This document shows positions 28,632 to 37,711 of a stretch of DNA of 62,975 nt, in pieces (the stretch's first letter is position 1; each line of letters opens with the position of its first letter). The DNA lies in assembly GCA_052035835.1 (NCBI GenBank), contig JBPOHG010000071.1, positions 1 through 62,975 on the forward strand, written 5' to 3'. The notes under the pieces are model-generated. The model saw only the letters and a list, made by a program, of their open reading frames with translations. It made no database searches and was not told where the DNA came from. A program made the position numbers and the translations under genes. The stretch is from Bacteroidota bacterium. Lineage in GTDB: Bacteria; Bacteroidota; Bacteroidia; Chitinophagales; Chitinophagaceae.

Positions 28632-30203
28632 CTACCTCGTAGCTGTAGGTATCGGCTTGTCCCTTACCAGCATTTCATTTCTGTTGGCCATTTCCCAGGC
28701 AGTGTAAAATATCATTTGCGCCCTTTTTTCAAACAGGGGCCAGTTGATCCATTCTATATCATCCGTAGGCTTGTGATAATCTGCTTTTAACATGCCATCG
28801 TAAAAAAACAATACGGGTACCCCTTTTCGTGCAAAATTGTAATGATCGCTTCTGAAATAAATACGATGAGGGTCGTTGGGGTCATCGAATTTGTAATCAA
28901 ATACAAGTTTCGTATAAGCGTTATTGGTAGTTTCACTGATGGCCGGAAGGTCTGAGCTGATTTTATCGTGGCCCACTACATACACATAATTCGCACTATC
29001 GGGTGTTTTTCTTTCTGTATCAATCCTTCCGATCATATCTGTATTAAGATCCACAGATGTTTTTTCGAGCGGGAAAATTGGGTGGTCGGAATAATATTCA
29101 CTTCCCCACAAACCTTTTTCTTCCCCGCTCACAGTCATGAACACCACTGTCCTTCTTGGGCCATTTCCTTCTTTTTTGGCTTTCATAAATGCCTCGGCCA
29201 TTTGTATGACGGCTACTGTCCCACTTCCATCATCATCTGCACCATTGTAGATTTTACCATCGCGAATGCCAAGATGGTCATAGTGTGCAGTGAGGAAAAC
29301 ATATTCATCTTTTTTGTCGCTTCCTTCTACCACCCCTATCACATTGCTGGCTTCAATGGTGCTGGTATATTTTTTAAATTCAACCACCAATGGTTTGTTT
29401 ATATCAATAGCCTGCTGCGGGAGCAATCCGCTTTTTGCAAGAGAGATGAGGCTGTCGCTAACAAGTTTTTTTGCAAGTGTGTGCGATAATTGAATGTGAT
29501 TTACTACAGCGGTTGTTTTGGGCGCAGGTGGATAGTATACATTTGTTTTTTTTGCCTGGTCGGCCATGCGTTGGGTAAAAGATTCCTGTGCCGGATTTAC
29601 TACCAATGCAGCAACGGCGCCTTTTTCTGCTGCCACTTGTAATTTTTTTTGAAGCCCCGGAAATGACCATGCTGAAACTTTTCCTTCGGGATGAATAAAA
29701 TATTTCCCATCTTTTTTAGGTTCCCCCAGGAAAAAGAGTACTGTCTTGCCTTTTACGTACACATCTTTGTAATTGGAGTATGCCGGGTCATCGATGCCAT
29801 ACCCAACAAAAACGATGTCGTTGCTTTTGATCGTACCCGATTCGTTTTGGATCAGTGGAATAATAAAATCAGTGCCAAACACCTGTTTTTCTTCATCAAT
29901 GCTTAGGCTTGTATTTACCAGGCTGTCTATTTGAAGCGGATAAAATTGTTGAAACCCTTTTAGCTGTTCGGGGAATGTTAGTCCGAGTAATTTAAACTGG
30001 CTTTCAATATAAGCGGCGGCTTTCCTTTGACCGGCAGTGCCTGTTTCCCTACCTTCCATTTCATCGCTTGCAATAATGGTAAGGTGTTTGCGAAGGTTTT
30101 CACTGTTAACAATTTTGGCATATTCTGCCGGGTTGGATTTTTGTGCATGTACCGGCATTGATAAAGACAGCAAAACAATGCCTTGCAGGAAGCAATTTTT
30201 CAT
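28632..30203 (-). CDS. M28 family aminopeptidase with PA domain
   Basis: 'AHYDHLG', 'GADDDGSG', 'GEEKGLWGS', 'DMIGR', 'RSDHYNF', 'DYH'. Confidence 0.93.
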   Translation of the reverse strand: MKNCFLQGIVLLSLSMPVHAQKSNPAEYAKIVNSENLRKHLTIIASDEMEGRETGTAGQRKAAAYIESQFKLLGLTFPEQLKGFQQFYPLQIDSLVNTSLSIDEEKQVFGTDFIIPLIQNESGTIKSNDIVFVGYGIDDPAYSNYKDVYVKGKTVLFFLGEPKKDGKYFIHPEGKVSAWSFPGLQKKLQVAAEKGAVAALVVNPAQESFTQRMADQAKKTNVYYPPAPKTTAVVNHIQLSHTLAKKLVSDSLISLAKSGLLPQQAIDINKPLVVEFKKYTSTIEASNVIGVVEGSDKKDEYVFLTAHYDHLGIRDGKIYNGADDDGSGTVAVIQMAEAFMKAKKEGNGPRRTVVFMTVSGEEKGLWGSEYYSDHPIFPLEKTSVDLNTDMIGRIDTERKTPDSANYVYVVGHDKISSDLPAISETTNNAYTKLVFDYKFDDPNDPHRIYFRSDHYNFARKGVPVLFFYDGMLKADYHKPTDDIEWINWPLFEKRAQMIFYTAWEMANRNEMLVRDKPIPTATR

Positions 30204-30301
30204 CTATTCAATTATTTAATAATAGTTGTAAAATAGTGAATCTGCGAAAGGGGGGCGCAGTCATTTGTATGAATGGCAAACAGCAGGGAATATCTCAAAG
30301 A

Positions 30302-30754
30302 TCATCTGCCAGTAATCTTCGCTACCCTGTTGCTATGCCTGCCACCTTCAAATGCCGTATTCATAAATACATCGAGCATTTTTTCGGCATCGCCATCCCG
30401 TACAAACCGGGCTGGTATGCATAAAATATTTGCATCATTGTGTTTACGTGCCAGTTCGGCCAGTTCTTCCCCCCAACAGATGGCTGCCCGAATGCCTGCA
30501 TGTTTATTGGCAGTGATAGCAACGCCGTTGGCACTGCCACATAACAAAATGCCAAAAGCAGCTTCGCCATTTTCTACAGCGCTCGCCACAGGGTGTGCAA
30601 AATCGGGGTAATCTACCGAATCCTTATTGTAAGTGCCGAAGTCGTTGTAAGCCATGTTTTCACCTTCCAGAAAAGAAATCAGGTCTTCTTTGCAATCGAA
30701 CCCGGCATGGTCACAGCCGATGGCAATGGGTTTATTTTTATCGAATACGTACAT
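30302..30754 (-). CDS. rpiB: Ribose-5-phosphate isomerase B
   Basis: 'GCDHAG', 'DYPDFA', 'CGSANG', 'HNDAN', 'FEGGRH..RV'. Confidence 0.95.
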   Translation of the reverse strand: MYVFDKNKPIAIGCDHAGFDCKEDLISFLEGENMAYNDFGTYNKDSVDYPDFAHPVASAVENGEAAFGILLCGSANGVAITANKHAGIRAAICWGEELAELARKHNDANILCIPARFVRDGDAEKMLDVFMNTAFEGGRHSNRVAKITGR

Positions 30755-30827
30755 GGTTCACTGTATTGGTGGAATAAAAAATGCTTATATAAAATACTAT
30801 GGTAAAGTTAGCCTGTTTGATGCAGCA

Positions 30828-31706
30828 CTAACTCCATTCTTTTTCTTTTTTTGCTGTTTGTTTATCTACACGTGCGGTGATAAAAACACTCAATTCGTAT
30901 AAGATCAACAGCGGAATGGCCACGATCAACTGGCTGGTCCAGTCGGGGGAAGGTGTGATAATTGCTGCCAAAATGAGAATGATCACAAAAGCATATTTTC
31001 TGTAAGTGCGAAGGAAGGGGGCAGAAATCAATCCAATTTTAGCCAGCACAAATGCCAGTACAGGCAATTCAAATGCAATACCACATCCCAGTACTATGTT
31101 ATTGAGTGTATCAATATAATCATCGAGTGTGGGCATGTATTTATAGGCACCCACCGTTCCCAGGGTAAAATTGGCGAGAAAATTAAAGGTGAATGGGGCC
31201 AGTATAAAATACCCGAATGCTGCCCCGGTAAAAAAACACAAAGACACCCAAATAATACTACCTCTTGAGTACCTGATTTCTTTTTGTGACAATGCCGGCT
31301 TTATAAACTTCCAGAGTTCCCAAAACAGGTAAGGAAAAGCAAGGATGAGCCCACCGATCATTGCAATTGATATGGCCGACATAAATGGGCCGCTGATGGT
31401 GTTACCCTGAAGGGGGATTTCAACAGGTGGCATACAGAGCGCATCCCCTAAATGCAAATAATGACTGAAGTCGCAAAGCATTCCGTAGGTAACAAAACTG
31501 GAGTGAGCCGGGGCGTAAATGATGTGATCGAAAATCCAGTCGATTTTAATGAAAATAGCAATTACTGCCACCAACCAAACAATCAGCGCACGAACGATGT
31601 GCCACCTGAGTGCTTCCAGGTGGTCCATAAAACTCATCTCTGCCTGGTTTTCACCGGCTGCTGATAGTTTAAAAATCGATCTCCTTTTTTCAGTAGTATC
31701 GGCCAA
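30828..31706 (-). CDS. tatC: Twin-arginine translocase subunit TatC
   Basis: 'EMSFMDHLEALR', 'FIKPAL', 'FELPV', 'AIITPSPD'; start moved to TTG 31706, downstream of a TACATTTG box (31725-31732). Confidence 0.93.
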   Translation of the reverse strand: MADTTEKRRSIFKLSAAGENQAEMSFMDHLEALRWHIVRALIVWLVAVIAIFIKIDWIFDHIIYAPAHSSFVTYGMLCDFSHYLHLGDALCMPPVEIPLQGNTISGPFMSAISIAMIGGLILAFPYLFWELWKFIKPALSQKEIRYSRGSIIWVSLCFFTGAAFGYFILAPFTFNFLANFTLGTVGAYKYMPTLDDYIDTLNNIVLGCGIAFELPVLAFVLAKIGLISAPFLRTYRKYAFVIILILAAIITPSPDWTSQLIVAIPLLILYELSVFITARVDKQTAKKEKEWS

Positions 31707-31798
31707 TGACTGAAGATTTGGGTGCAAATGTACTATACTATTATGAAGCACTGCATAATAGATGGTAAACAGAAAGGGATTAAGAAATAATATCGATG

Positions 31799-31828
31799 AA
31801 AAAGAGAAGCCCCTGTAGAAACAGGGGC
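31799..31828 (-). terminator. Intrinsic terminator of the candidate sRNA
   Basis: GCCCCTGT-TTCT-ACAGGGGC followed by TTCTCTTTTT on the minus strand. Confidence 0.75.
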
Positions 31829-31885
31829 CGTTTACCAAAACTAACTGCTTATGAGAAAATTGAAATTTATTGTTTGTGTTCTGTT
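31799..31885 (-). ncRNA. Candidate sigma-54-dependent small RNA (about 87 nt)
   Basis: Bounded by a -24/-12 promoter (31894-31910) and a terminator (31799-31828); no AUG in the predicted transcript; lies between the prfA terminator and the tatC promoter. Confidence 0.6.
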
Positions 31886-31893
31886 ATTGATAT

Positions 31894-31910
31894 GGCAAAC
31901 AGGATGCCAA
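31894..31910 (-). promoter_or_regulatory. Sigma-54 (-24/-12) promoter
   Basis: TTGGCATCCTGTTTGCC on the minus strand: GG-N10-GC with TGGCA and TTGC. Confidence 0.7.
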
Positions 31911-31987
31911 AAAAAAATCTCTTTTGTTAATAATATGCCAACAATCAATAGATCGTTTACTTATTAAAACGTTTAATCAGGTATAAC

Positions 31988-32013
31988 AAAAAAGGCAACA
32001 GAAAGTTGCCTTT
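31988..32013 (-). terminator. prfA terminator
   Basis: AAAGGCAAC-TTTCT-GTTGCCTTTTTT on the minus strand, about 25 nt after the prfA stop. Confidence 0.8.
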
Positions 32014-32037
32014 GATCATAAATAAGTATGGTAAAAA

Positions 32038-33102
32038 TTACTGTTGTGTAGTGAGTTTTTCGGCATTTTCTGCAAACTGCAGTGCATCAATGAATTCCTG
32101 TACTTCTCCATTAATAACAGCATCCAGATTGTACACCGTAAGCCCAATGCGGTGATCGGTTACCCGTCCCTGGGGGTAGTTATACGTACGTATTTTTGCG
32201 CTTCTGTCGCCGGTACTTACCAGGCTTTTTCTTTGCCTGGCAATGGCCTCTTCCGCTTTTCTAACTTCCTCATCGTATAATTTGGTACGAAGCATATCCA
32301 TGGCTTTTTCCCTGTTGGCGAGCTGGCTTCTTTCTGTTTGGCATACGACAACAATACCGGTTGGTTTATGAGTTAAAAACACTTTTGTTTCTACCTTGTT
32401 TACATTTTGTCCGCCTGCTCCACCACTTCGGGCCGTTTCCATTTTTACATCGCTTTCTTTCAGTTCAAAATCAACCTCATCTGGCTCGGGCATCACTGCC
32501 ACGGTGGCAGCGCTGGTGTGTACACGTCCGCTACTTTCGGTATCGGGTACCCTTTGTACCCTGTGTACGCCGCTTTCAAATTTGAGGGTGCCATACACAT
32601 CATCTCCGCTAACTTCCACCTGTACTTCTTTGTAGCCTCCAACGGTTCCTTCGCTTTCGCTGAGGATGGTGGTTTTCCACCCTTTTTTCTCGCAGTATTT
32701 CAGGTACATTCTCAGCAGGTTGCCTGCAAACAGGGAAGCTTCGTCGCCACCGGTGCCAGCCCTGATTTCGAGGATGGCATTTTTTTCATCGAACGGGTCT
32801 TTCGGGATCAGCATATTGCGGATTTCCTTTTCGATCTGATCTCTTTTTTCTTCTAATTCGGGTAGTTCGGTTTTCGCCATTTCCCTCATTTCCTCATCAT
32901 CAGTATACAATACCTCTTTATTGAATTCAATATCCTCCAGCAATTTCACATAATTGTTGCGCACATCCACAATTTTTCCCAAACTGCGGTATTCTTTACT
33001 CATGGCACTGAATTTCTTGTTGTCGCTCACAATTTCGGGGTTCGTGAGTGCTACCGCCAGCTGGTCAAATTTTGCCTTGATCGCATCCAGTTTATCTAAC
33101 AT
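32038..33102 (-). CDS. prfA: Peptide chain release factor 1
   Basis: GGQ motif '[11 protein letters not shown]'; RF1-type PxT in 'VQRVPDTE'; TAAATTTG box at 33197-33204. Confidence 0.96.
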   Translation of the reverse strand: MLDKLDAIKAKFDQLAVALTNPEIVSDNKKFSAMSKEYRSLGKIVDVRNNYVKLLEDIEFNKEVLYTDDEEMREMAKTELPELEEKRDQIEKEIRNMLIPKDPFDEKNAILEIRAGTGGDEASLFAGNLLRMYLKYCEKKGWKTTILSESEGTVGGYKEVQVEVSGDDVYGTLKFESGVHRVQRVPDTESSGRVHTSAATVAVMPEPDEVDFELKESDVKMETARSGGAGGQNVNKVETKVFLTHKPTGIVVVCQTERSQLANREKAMDMLRTKLYDEEVRKAEEAIARQRKSLVSTGDRSAKIRTYNYPQGRVTDHRIGLTVYNLDAVINGEVQEFIDALQFAENAEKLTTQQ

Positions 33103-33224
33103 AATGTACTTTTAATTTTCAGGGTTTATTACCCCTGTGCCGTGGCTGATAATGTTAGCAGGTTTTGAAAACATCAATTGGCCGGTACAGCGGGTGCAAA
33201 TTTACACCATATCAACCAATCATC

Positions 33225-34376
33225 TTGTACAGAAAGCTTACAGCCAACTATATTTTCTCGGGATATGAGATTTTGCCGATGCCTGCTGTGCTTATTACTG
33301 ATGAGTCGGGTAAAGTCATTGACCTTGTAGAGCCTTCACAGGCAGGCGATGGGATAGAATACCTGGAGGGGATCCTTTCGCCTGGCTTTATCAATGCGCA
33401 TTGCCATTTAGAACTATCGCATTTGCGGTCGCAGATCGCCCGCCATACCGGCCTGGTTGATTTTGTAAGCCAGATTATTGCAACACGCCAGGGTGCCAAT
33501 GAACTAATATATGAGGCGATCGGCCATGCTGAACAGGAAATGATCAATAATGGAATCGTTGCGGTAGGGGATATTTGCAATACGGATTATACGGTTCCGC
33601 AGAAAAAAAAGGAAAGGCTTTATTACCACAATTTTATTGAAGTGAGTGGTTTCCCGCCATCGGTGGCGGATATACGCTTTTCGAGGATCGAAAACCTTCT
33701 TCATGCGTTTACAGCCATCAGCAGCCATAACAGCATTGTGCCACATGCTCCTTATTCGGTATCGGAGAAGCTCATGCAAATGGTGGCCGGGTATCCCGGG
33801 AATAACCTGCTTACCATGCATAACCAGGAATCTGCTGAAGAAAACAGTTTGTTTACCAGTGGGAGTGGGGCGTTTATGGAATTGTACCGGCAACTCGGGA
33901 TTGAAACAGGTTTTTTTAAAGCCCCGGGCATGAGTAGTTTACAATACATGCTTCCAATGTTTAAGCATTTCCGCCCATTGATCCTGGTACACAATGTTCA
34001 TACGTCAGCAGGGGATATGGATTTTGCTAAAAAGTATTTTGAAAGTGAGCAGCAGCGGCTTTTTTTCTGTTTATGCCCCAATGCCAATCTTTACATTGGC
34101 GGGGAATTGCCTAATATCAAATTGATGATGGAGAAAGGGCTCAATATAGTTTTGGGTACCGATAGCCTTGCTTCCAATGATCAGTTGGATGTATATGCAG
34201 AAATGAAAACACTCCGTACGTATTTTCCCGATCTTCCATTAGCTACCATGCTTCAATGGGCAACCAGCAACGGAGCGGAGGCATTGGGCATTCTTGATAG
34301 GTATGGAAGTTTTGGAAAAGGGAAAAAGCCAGGGGTTTTGCTGTTGAGCGCCGATCAGGTAACCCGCATTTTATAA
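33225..34376 (+). CDS. Amidohydrolase family protein (deaminase-like)
   Basis: 'PGFINAHCHLELS', 'PHAPYS', 'HNQES', 'LGTDSLASN'; likely TTG start at 33225. Confidence 0.88.
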   Translation: MYRKLTANYIFSGYEILPMPAVLITDESGKVIDLVEPSQAGDGIEYLEGILSPGFINAHCHLELSHLRSQIARHTGLVDFVSQIIATRQGANELIYEAIGHAEQEMINNGIVAVGDICNTDYTVPQKKKERLYYHNFIEVSGFPPSVADIRFSRIENLLHAFTAISSHNSIVPHAPYSVSEKLMQMVAGYPGNNLLTMHNQESAEENSLFTSGSGAFMELYRQLGIETGFFKAPGMSSLQYMLPMFKHFRPLILVHNVHTSAGDMDFAKKYFESEQQRLFFCLCPNANLYIGGELPNIKLMMEKGLNIVLGTDSLASNDQLDVYAEMKTLRTYFPDLPLATMLQWATSNGAEALGILDRYGSFGKGKKPGVLLLSADQVTRIL

Positions 34377-35114
34377 CACTTCATGCAATACCTGTAAGGT
34401 TTTCAGTTGCCCGAAATCGGGTAAGTGAAGGGCATAATAATCCATGTATTTTAAGAGTAGTTCGCGGCGTATCACGCGGTTAAGTTTAATTTCACTCAAC
34501 TCCCGGGGTTGCATTGTTTTCAGTAATTCTGCCGTGATCAGCGCAGGCATACCTGCTATGAAATGGGGATGGGAAGGCATGCTGCTGGTGAAATCGCCTT
34601 CTGCCAGGTCGAGATAAGTATTTTCTTCCAATGCCCCGGCTGGTGGGAGGCCATGCATTTTAAATCCAAAAAATTGCGGGAGTTGTATAGTAAAAAATAA
34701 GGGGATGTTTGCTGCAATTTGTTTGTCTGCCGCATCCAGTTGTTCTAATACGGCTTCGCAGAAATAAAACAGATCGGGATTGGGTTCTGGCTGCCTGAGG
34801 GTTTTCTGTAGTAATTCAACCATAAACAAGGCCATACTGTATTTCACCACATCTTCCTGTAAGTGCCTGTACAAAACAGCCCTGCTGCATTCTTTGATGC
34901 GTTGCAGGTTTTTTAATTCATTGTGATATACTTCCAGGTCGAGTAGATTGCCCGGTTGCAGCATGATGGATTTGCTACTGTTTTTTTTACTGCTTCTAGC
35001 GCCATTTACCATATAGGATTGTATGCCAAACAGCTCGGTAAAAATAGTTACCACCAGGCTGGTTTCGCCATATTTCACCGTTCTTAATACAATTCCTTTT
35101 GTTTTATGTGTCAT
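34371..35114 (-). CDS. recO: DNA repair protein RecO
   Basis: 'TKGIVLRTVKYGETSLVVTIFTELFG' N-terminal OB-fold signature. Confidence 0.92.
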   Translation of the reverse strand: MTHKTKGIVLRTVKYGETSLVVTIFTELFGIQSYMVNGARSSKKNSSKSIMLQPGNLLDLEVYHNELKNLQRIKECSRAVLYRHLQEDVVKYSMALFMVELLQKTLRQPEPNPDLFYFCEAVLEQLDAADKQIAANIPLFFTIQLPQFFGFKMHGLPPAGALEENTYLDLAEGDFTSSMPSHPHFIAGMPALITAELLKTMQPRELSEIKLNRVIRRELLLKYMDYYALHLPDFGQLKTLQVLHEVL

Positions 35115-35211
35115 TTTTATTGCCCCTTCTGATGATTAATGGCGCTGATTGTTACAAATGAACTTTCTTTGCAAAATTATCGCGAACCAACCATTTCAAT
35201 AATAAATAAAT

Positions 35212-37575
35212 ATGTGGCATCGACTGGGGCAATTTGTGATCCGTAACCGGATGATTTTACTGATTTTTTTATTGGCCGGCACCGTAGTGATGGGTTATTT
35301 TGCTTCCAAAGTGAAGTTGAGTTATGAATTTGCCCGTGCCATTCCTACCAACAACCCTAAACACCAGGAATACCAGTCTTTCAGGAAGATTTTTGGTGAT
35401 GATGGCAACCTCCTGGTGATAGGGGTGCAGGCGAAGGACCTGTTTAGCCTGGCAAAATTTTCGGCATACCAGCAATTGCACCAGGAATTGCGGTCCATCA
35501 GGAATGTAGAAGATATTATTAGTATACCCGGCGCCGTTAGCCTGGTGAAGGACAGTATAGAAGAGAAACTGCTGGCGAGAAAAATATTTGCCGAAAAAAT
35601 GACTGAACAATCGGCGCTCGACAGTGCTGCAGCTGCATTTTTGAACCTGCCTTTTTACCGGTCACTGCTGTATAACCCTTCCACCCAGGCATACCTGATG
35701 GGTGTGAAGATCAATAAGGATTCGCTCAATTCGCCTGCCAGGGTACAAATTGTGGATGGCATCATGGCTGCCACAGAGCGTTTTGGGAAAGCCACAGGAT
35801 ACGAAATACACCTCAGCGGGCTTCCACTTATCAGAACGGTAGTGGCTACCCGCATCCAACAGGAAATGAAGCTATTCCTGATAGGGTCTCTTGCATTGAG
35901 TGTACTGATCTTGTTCCTGTTTTTCCGGTCGGTGAGCACTACCCTTATTTCACTGTCGGTGGTGCTGGTTGGTGTGATCTGGACGGTGGGTACCATTCAT
36001 ATCTGCGGCTATACGATTACGTTACTAACAGCGTTGATTCCTTCCCTGGTGGTGGTGATAGGGATACCCAATTGCATATATTTTATTAATAAATACCACA
36101 GCTCGTTCCTGAAAAGTACGGAAGCAGACCCGTTATTAAGGAAGCGCCAGTCGCTGGTAGATATGGTGAGTAAAATGGGCGTGGTTACCCTTTTCTGCAA
36201 TATTACTGCAGCCATTGGCTTTGCAGTATTTGCCCTTACGAGGAGTGAGATACTGAAAGAATTTGGGGTGGTTTCGGGGATTAGTATCATGATCATCTTT
36301 GTGGTATCGTTTATTTTATTGCCGGCAGTACTCAGTTACCTTCCGGTGCCGGGCAAGCCACAATTAAAATACCTGGATAATAAGTGGATCGGACTTTTTC
36401 TCGGACGGGTGGAAGGCTGGGTTTTCGGGCATCGCAATACGGTGATAGCTGTTACGGTACTTTGTGTGCTGGTAGCCGTTGCCGGTATGATGAGGTTAAA
36501 ATCTGTTGCATTTATTGTAGATGACCTGCCAAAAACCGATAAGATTTATACCGATCTCAAGTTTTTTGAAAAACATTTTAAAGGTGTAATGCCGGTTGAG
36601 ATATTAATTGATACCAAAAAGAAAAATGGACTGGCTGGTACAAAGGCGCTGGCCGTATTTGAGAAAGTAGACTCCCTGTCGGCATATATCGCAATGCGCC
36701 CCGAAATGAACCGCCCACTTTCGGTAGCGGAGGGGTTAAAATTTGCCAAGCAGGGATTTTTCGACAATGATTCTACCCAATACCTGATGCCCAATGCATT
36801 TGACGGGGCATTTTTAACCGATTACCTCAAGCCTGGCAAAGACAAAGACCAGCAGCAAAACAATTTTTCAAGAATGCTCCGCTCATTTATGGATAGCAGC
36901 CGCAGGTATGCAAGGATGAGTGTTAGTATGGCCGATATTGGTACAGAACGGTTGCCGGCTGTATTGCAGGATATTGAGCGAAAGGCAAATCAGTATTTCG
37001 ACAGCAGCCAGTACCGTGTTTCCCTAACAGGGACAAGTATTACATTCCTGGAAGGAAGCCGGTTTATTGTAAATGGGCTTAAGGAAAGTATCATCTGGGC
37101 ATTTGTACTGATTGCCGGTTGTATGCTGTATCTTTTTAAATCATGGAGAATATTGCTGTGTTCCTTGATCCCCAATGTGGTTCCGTTAATTGTAACGGCA
37201 GGGATCATGGGTTGGGTTGGGGTTCCGTTAAAGCCATCAACCGTGTTGGTGTTTAGTGTGGCATTGGGGATTGCAGTTGATATTACCATCAGGTTTTTAG
37301 TGAATTACAGGCAGGAATTACCAATACATGATCATGATATTGCGCAAACAGTGAGGAGTACTGTTCAGCAAACCGGGTTAAGTATTATTTATACCTCACT
37401 GGTATTAACGGCAGGCTTTGTAATATTTTGTGCCAGTAGTTTTGGCGGCACATTTGCGTTGGGCTGGTTAACTTCCATCACATTATTTGTTGCCACCATT
37501 ACCAACCTGGTATTGTTGCCAGTATTGTTGATTTTGTTCCATCCCTCTGGAAGATCAAAAGTCATTACAAAGTAA
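35212..37575 (+). CDS. MMPL/RND family transporter
   Basis: Two repeats of 1+5 TM helices with large loops; 'GIAVD.TI.F'. Confidence 0.9.
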   Translation: MWHRLGQFVIRNRMILLIFLLAGTVVMGYFASKVKLSYEFARAIPTNNPKHQEYQSFRKIFGDDGNLLVIGVQAKDLFSLAKFSAYQQLHQELRSIRNVEDIISIPGAVSLVKDSIEEKLLARKIFAEKMTEQSALDSAAAAFLNLPFYRSLLYNPSTQAYLMGVKINKDSLNSPARVQIVDGIMAATERFGKATGYEIHLSGLPLIRTVVATRIQQEMKLFLIGSLALSVLILFLFFRSVSTTLISLSVVLVGVIWTVGTIHICGYTITLLTALIPSLVVVIGIPNCIYFINKYHSSFLKSTEADPLLRKRQSLVDMVSKMGVVTLFCNITAAIGFAVFALTRSEILKEFGVVSGISIMIIFVVSFILLPAVLSYLPVPGKPQLKYLDNKWIGLFLGRVEGWVFGHRNTVIAVTVLCVLVAVAGMMRLKSVAFIVDDLPKTDKIYTDLKFFEKHFKGVMPVEILIDTKKKNGLAGTKALAVFEKVDSLSAYIAMRPEMNRPLSVAEGLKFAKQGFFDNDSTQYLMPNAFDGAFLTDYLKPGKDKDQQQNNFSRMLRSFMDSSRRYARMSVSMADIGTERLPAVLQDIERKANQYFDSSQYRVSLTGTSITFLEGSRFIVNGLKESIIWAFVLIAGCMLYLFKSWRILLCSLIPNVVPLIVTAGIMGWVGVPLKPSTVLVFSVALGIAVDITIRFLVNYRQELPIHDHDIAQTVRSTVQQTGLSIIYTSLVLTAGFVIFCASSFGGTFALGWLTSITLFVATITNLVLLPVLLILFHPSGRSKVITK

Positions 37576-37679
37576 AAAAAACAACTATTGTTGACCGTTC
37601 TTATAGGAAATTCACAGTTCGTGCAGCATTGTTAATATTATTATTGTCACATCTTTTTAACATTTCGTTTCAACGGGGC

Positions 37680-37687
37680 TATATTTG
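37680..37687 (+). promoter_or_regulatory. -7 element upstream of susC
   Basis: TATATTTG, about 20 nt before the start. Confidence 0.6.
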
Positions 37688-37711
37688 TATATCTATAAAT
37701 AAAACATGCAT

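Noticed and set aside
31707-31838. Long N-terminal extension of TatC given by the ORF track
   Set aside because: Runs through a terminator hairpin and the TACATTTG promoter box; TTG at 31706 fits better
31836-31843. TAGTTTTG inside the sRNA candidate as a primary-sigma promoter
   Set aside because: Would transcribe only the terminator hairpin; no -33 TTTG at the right spacing
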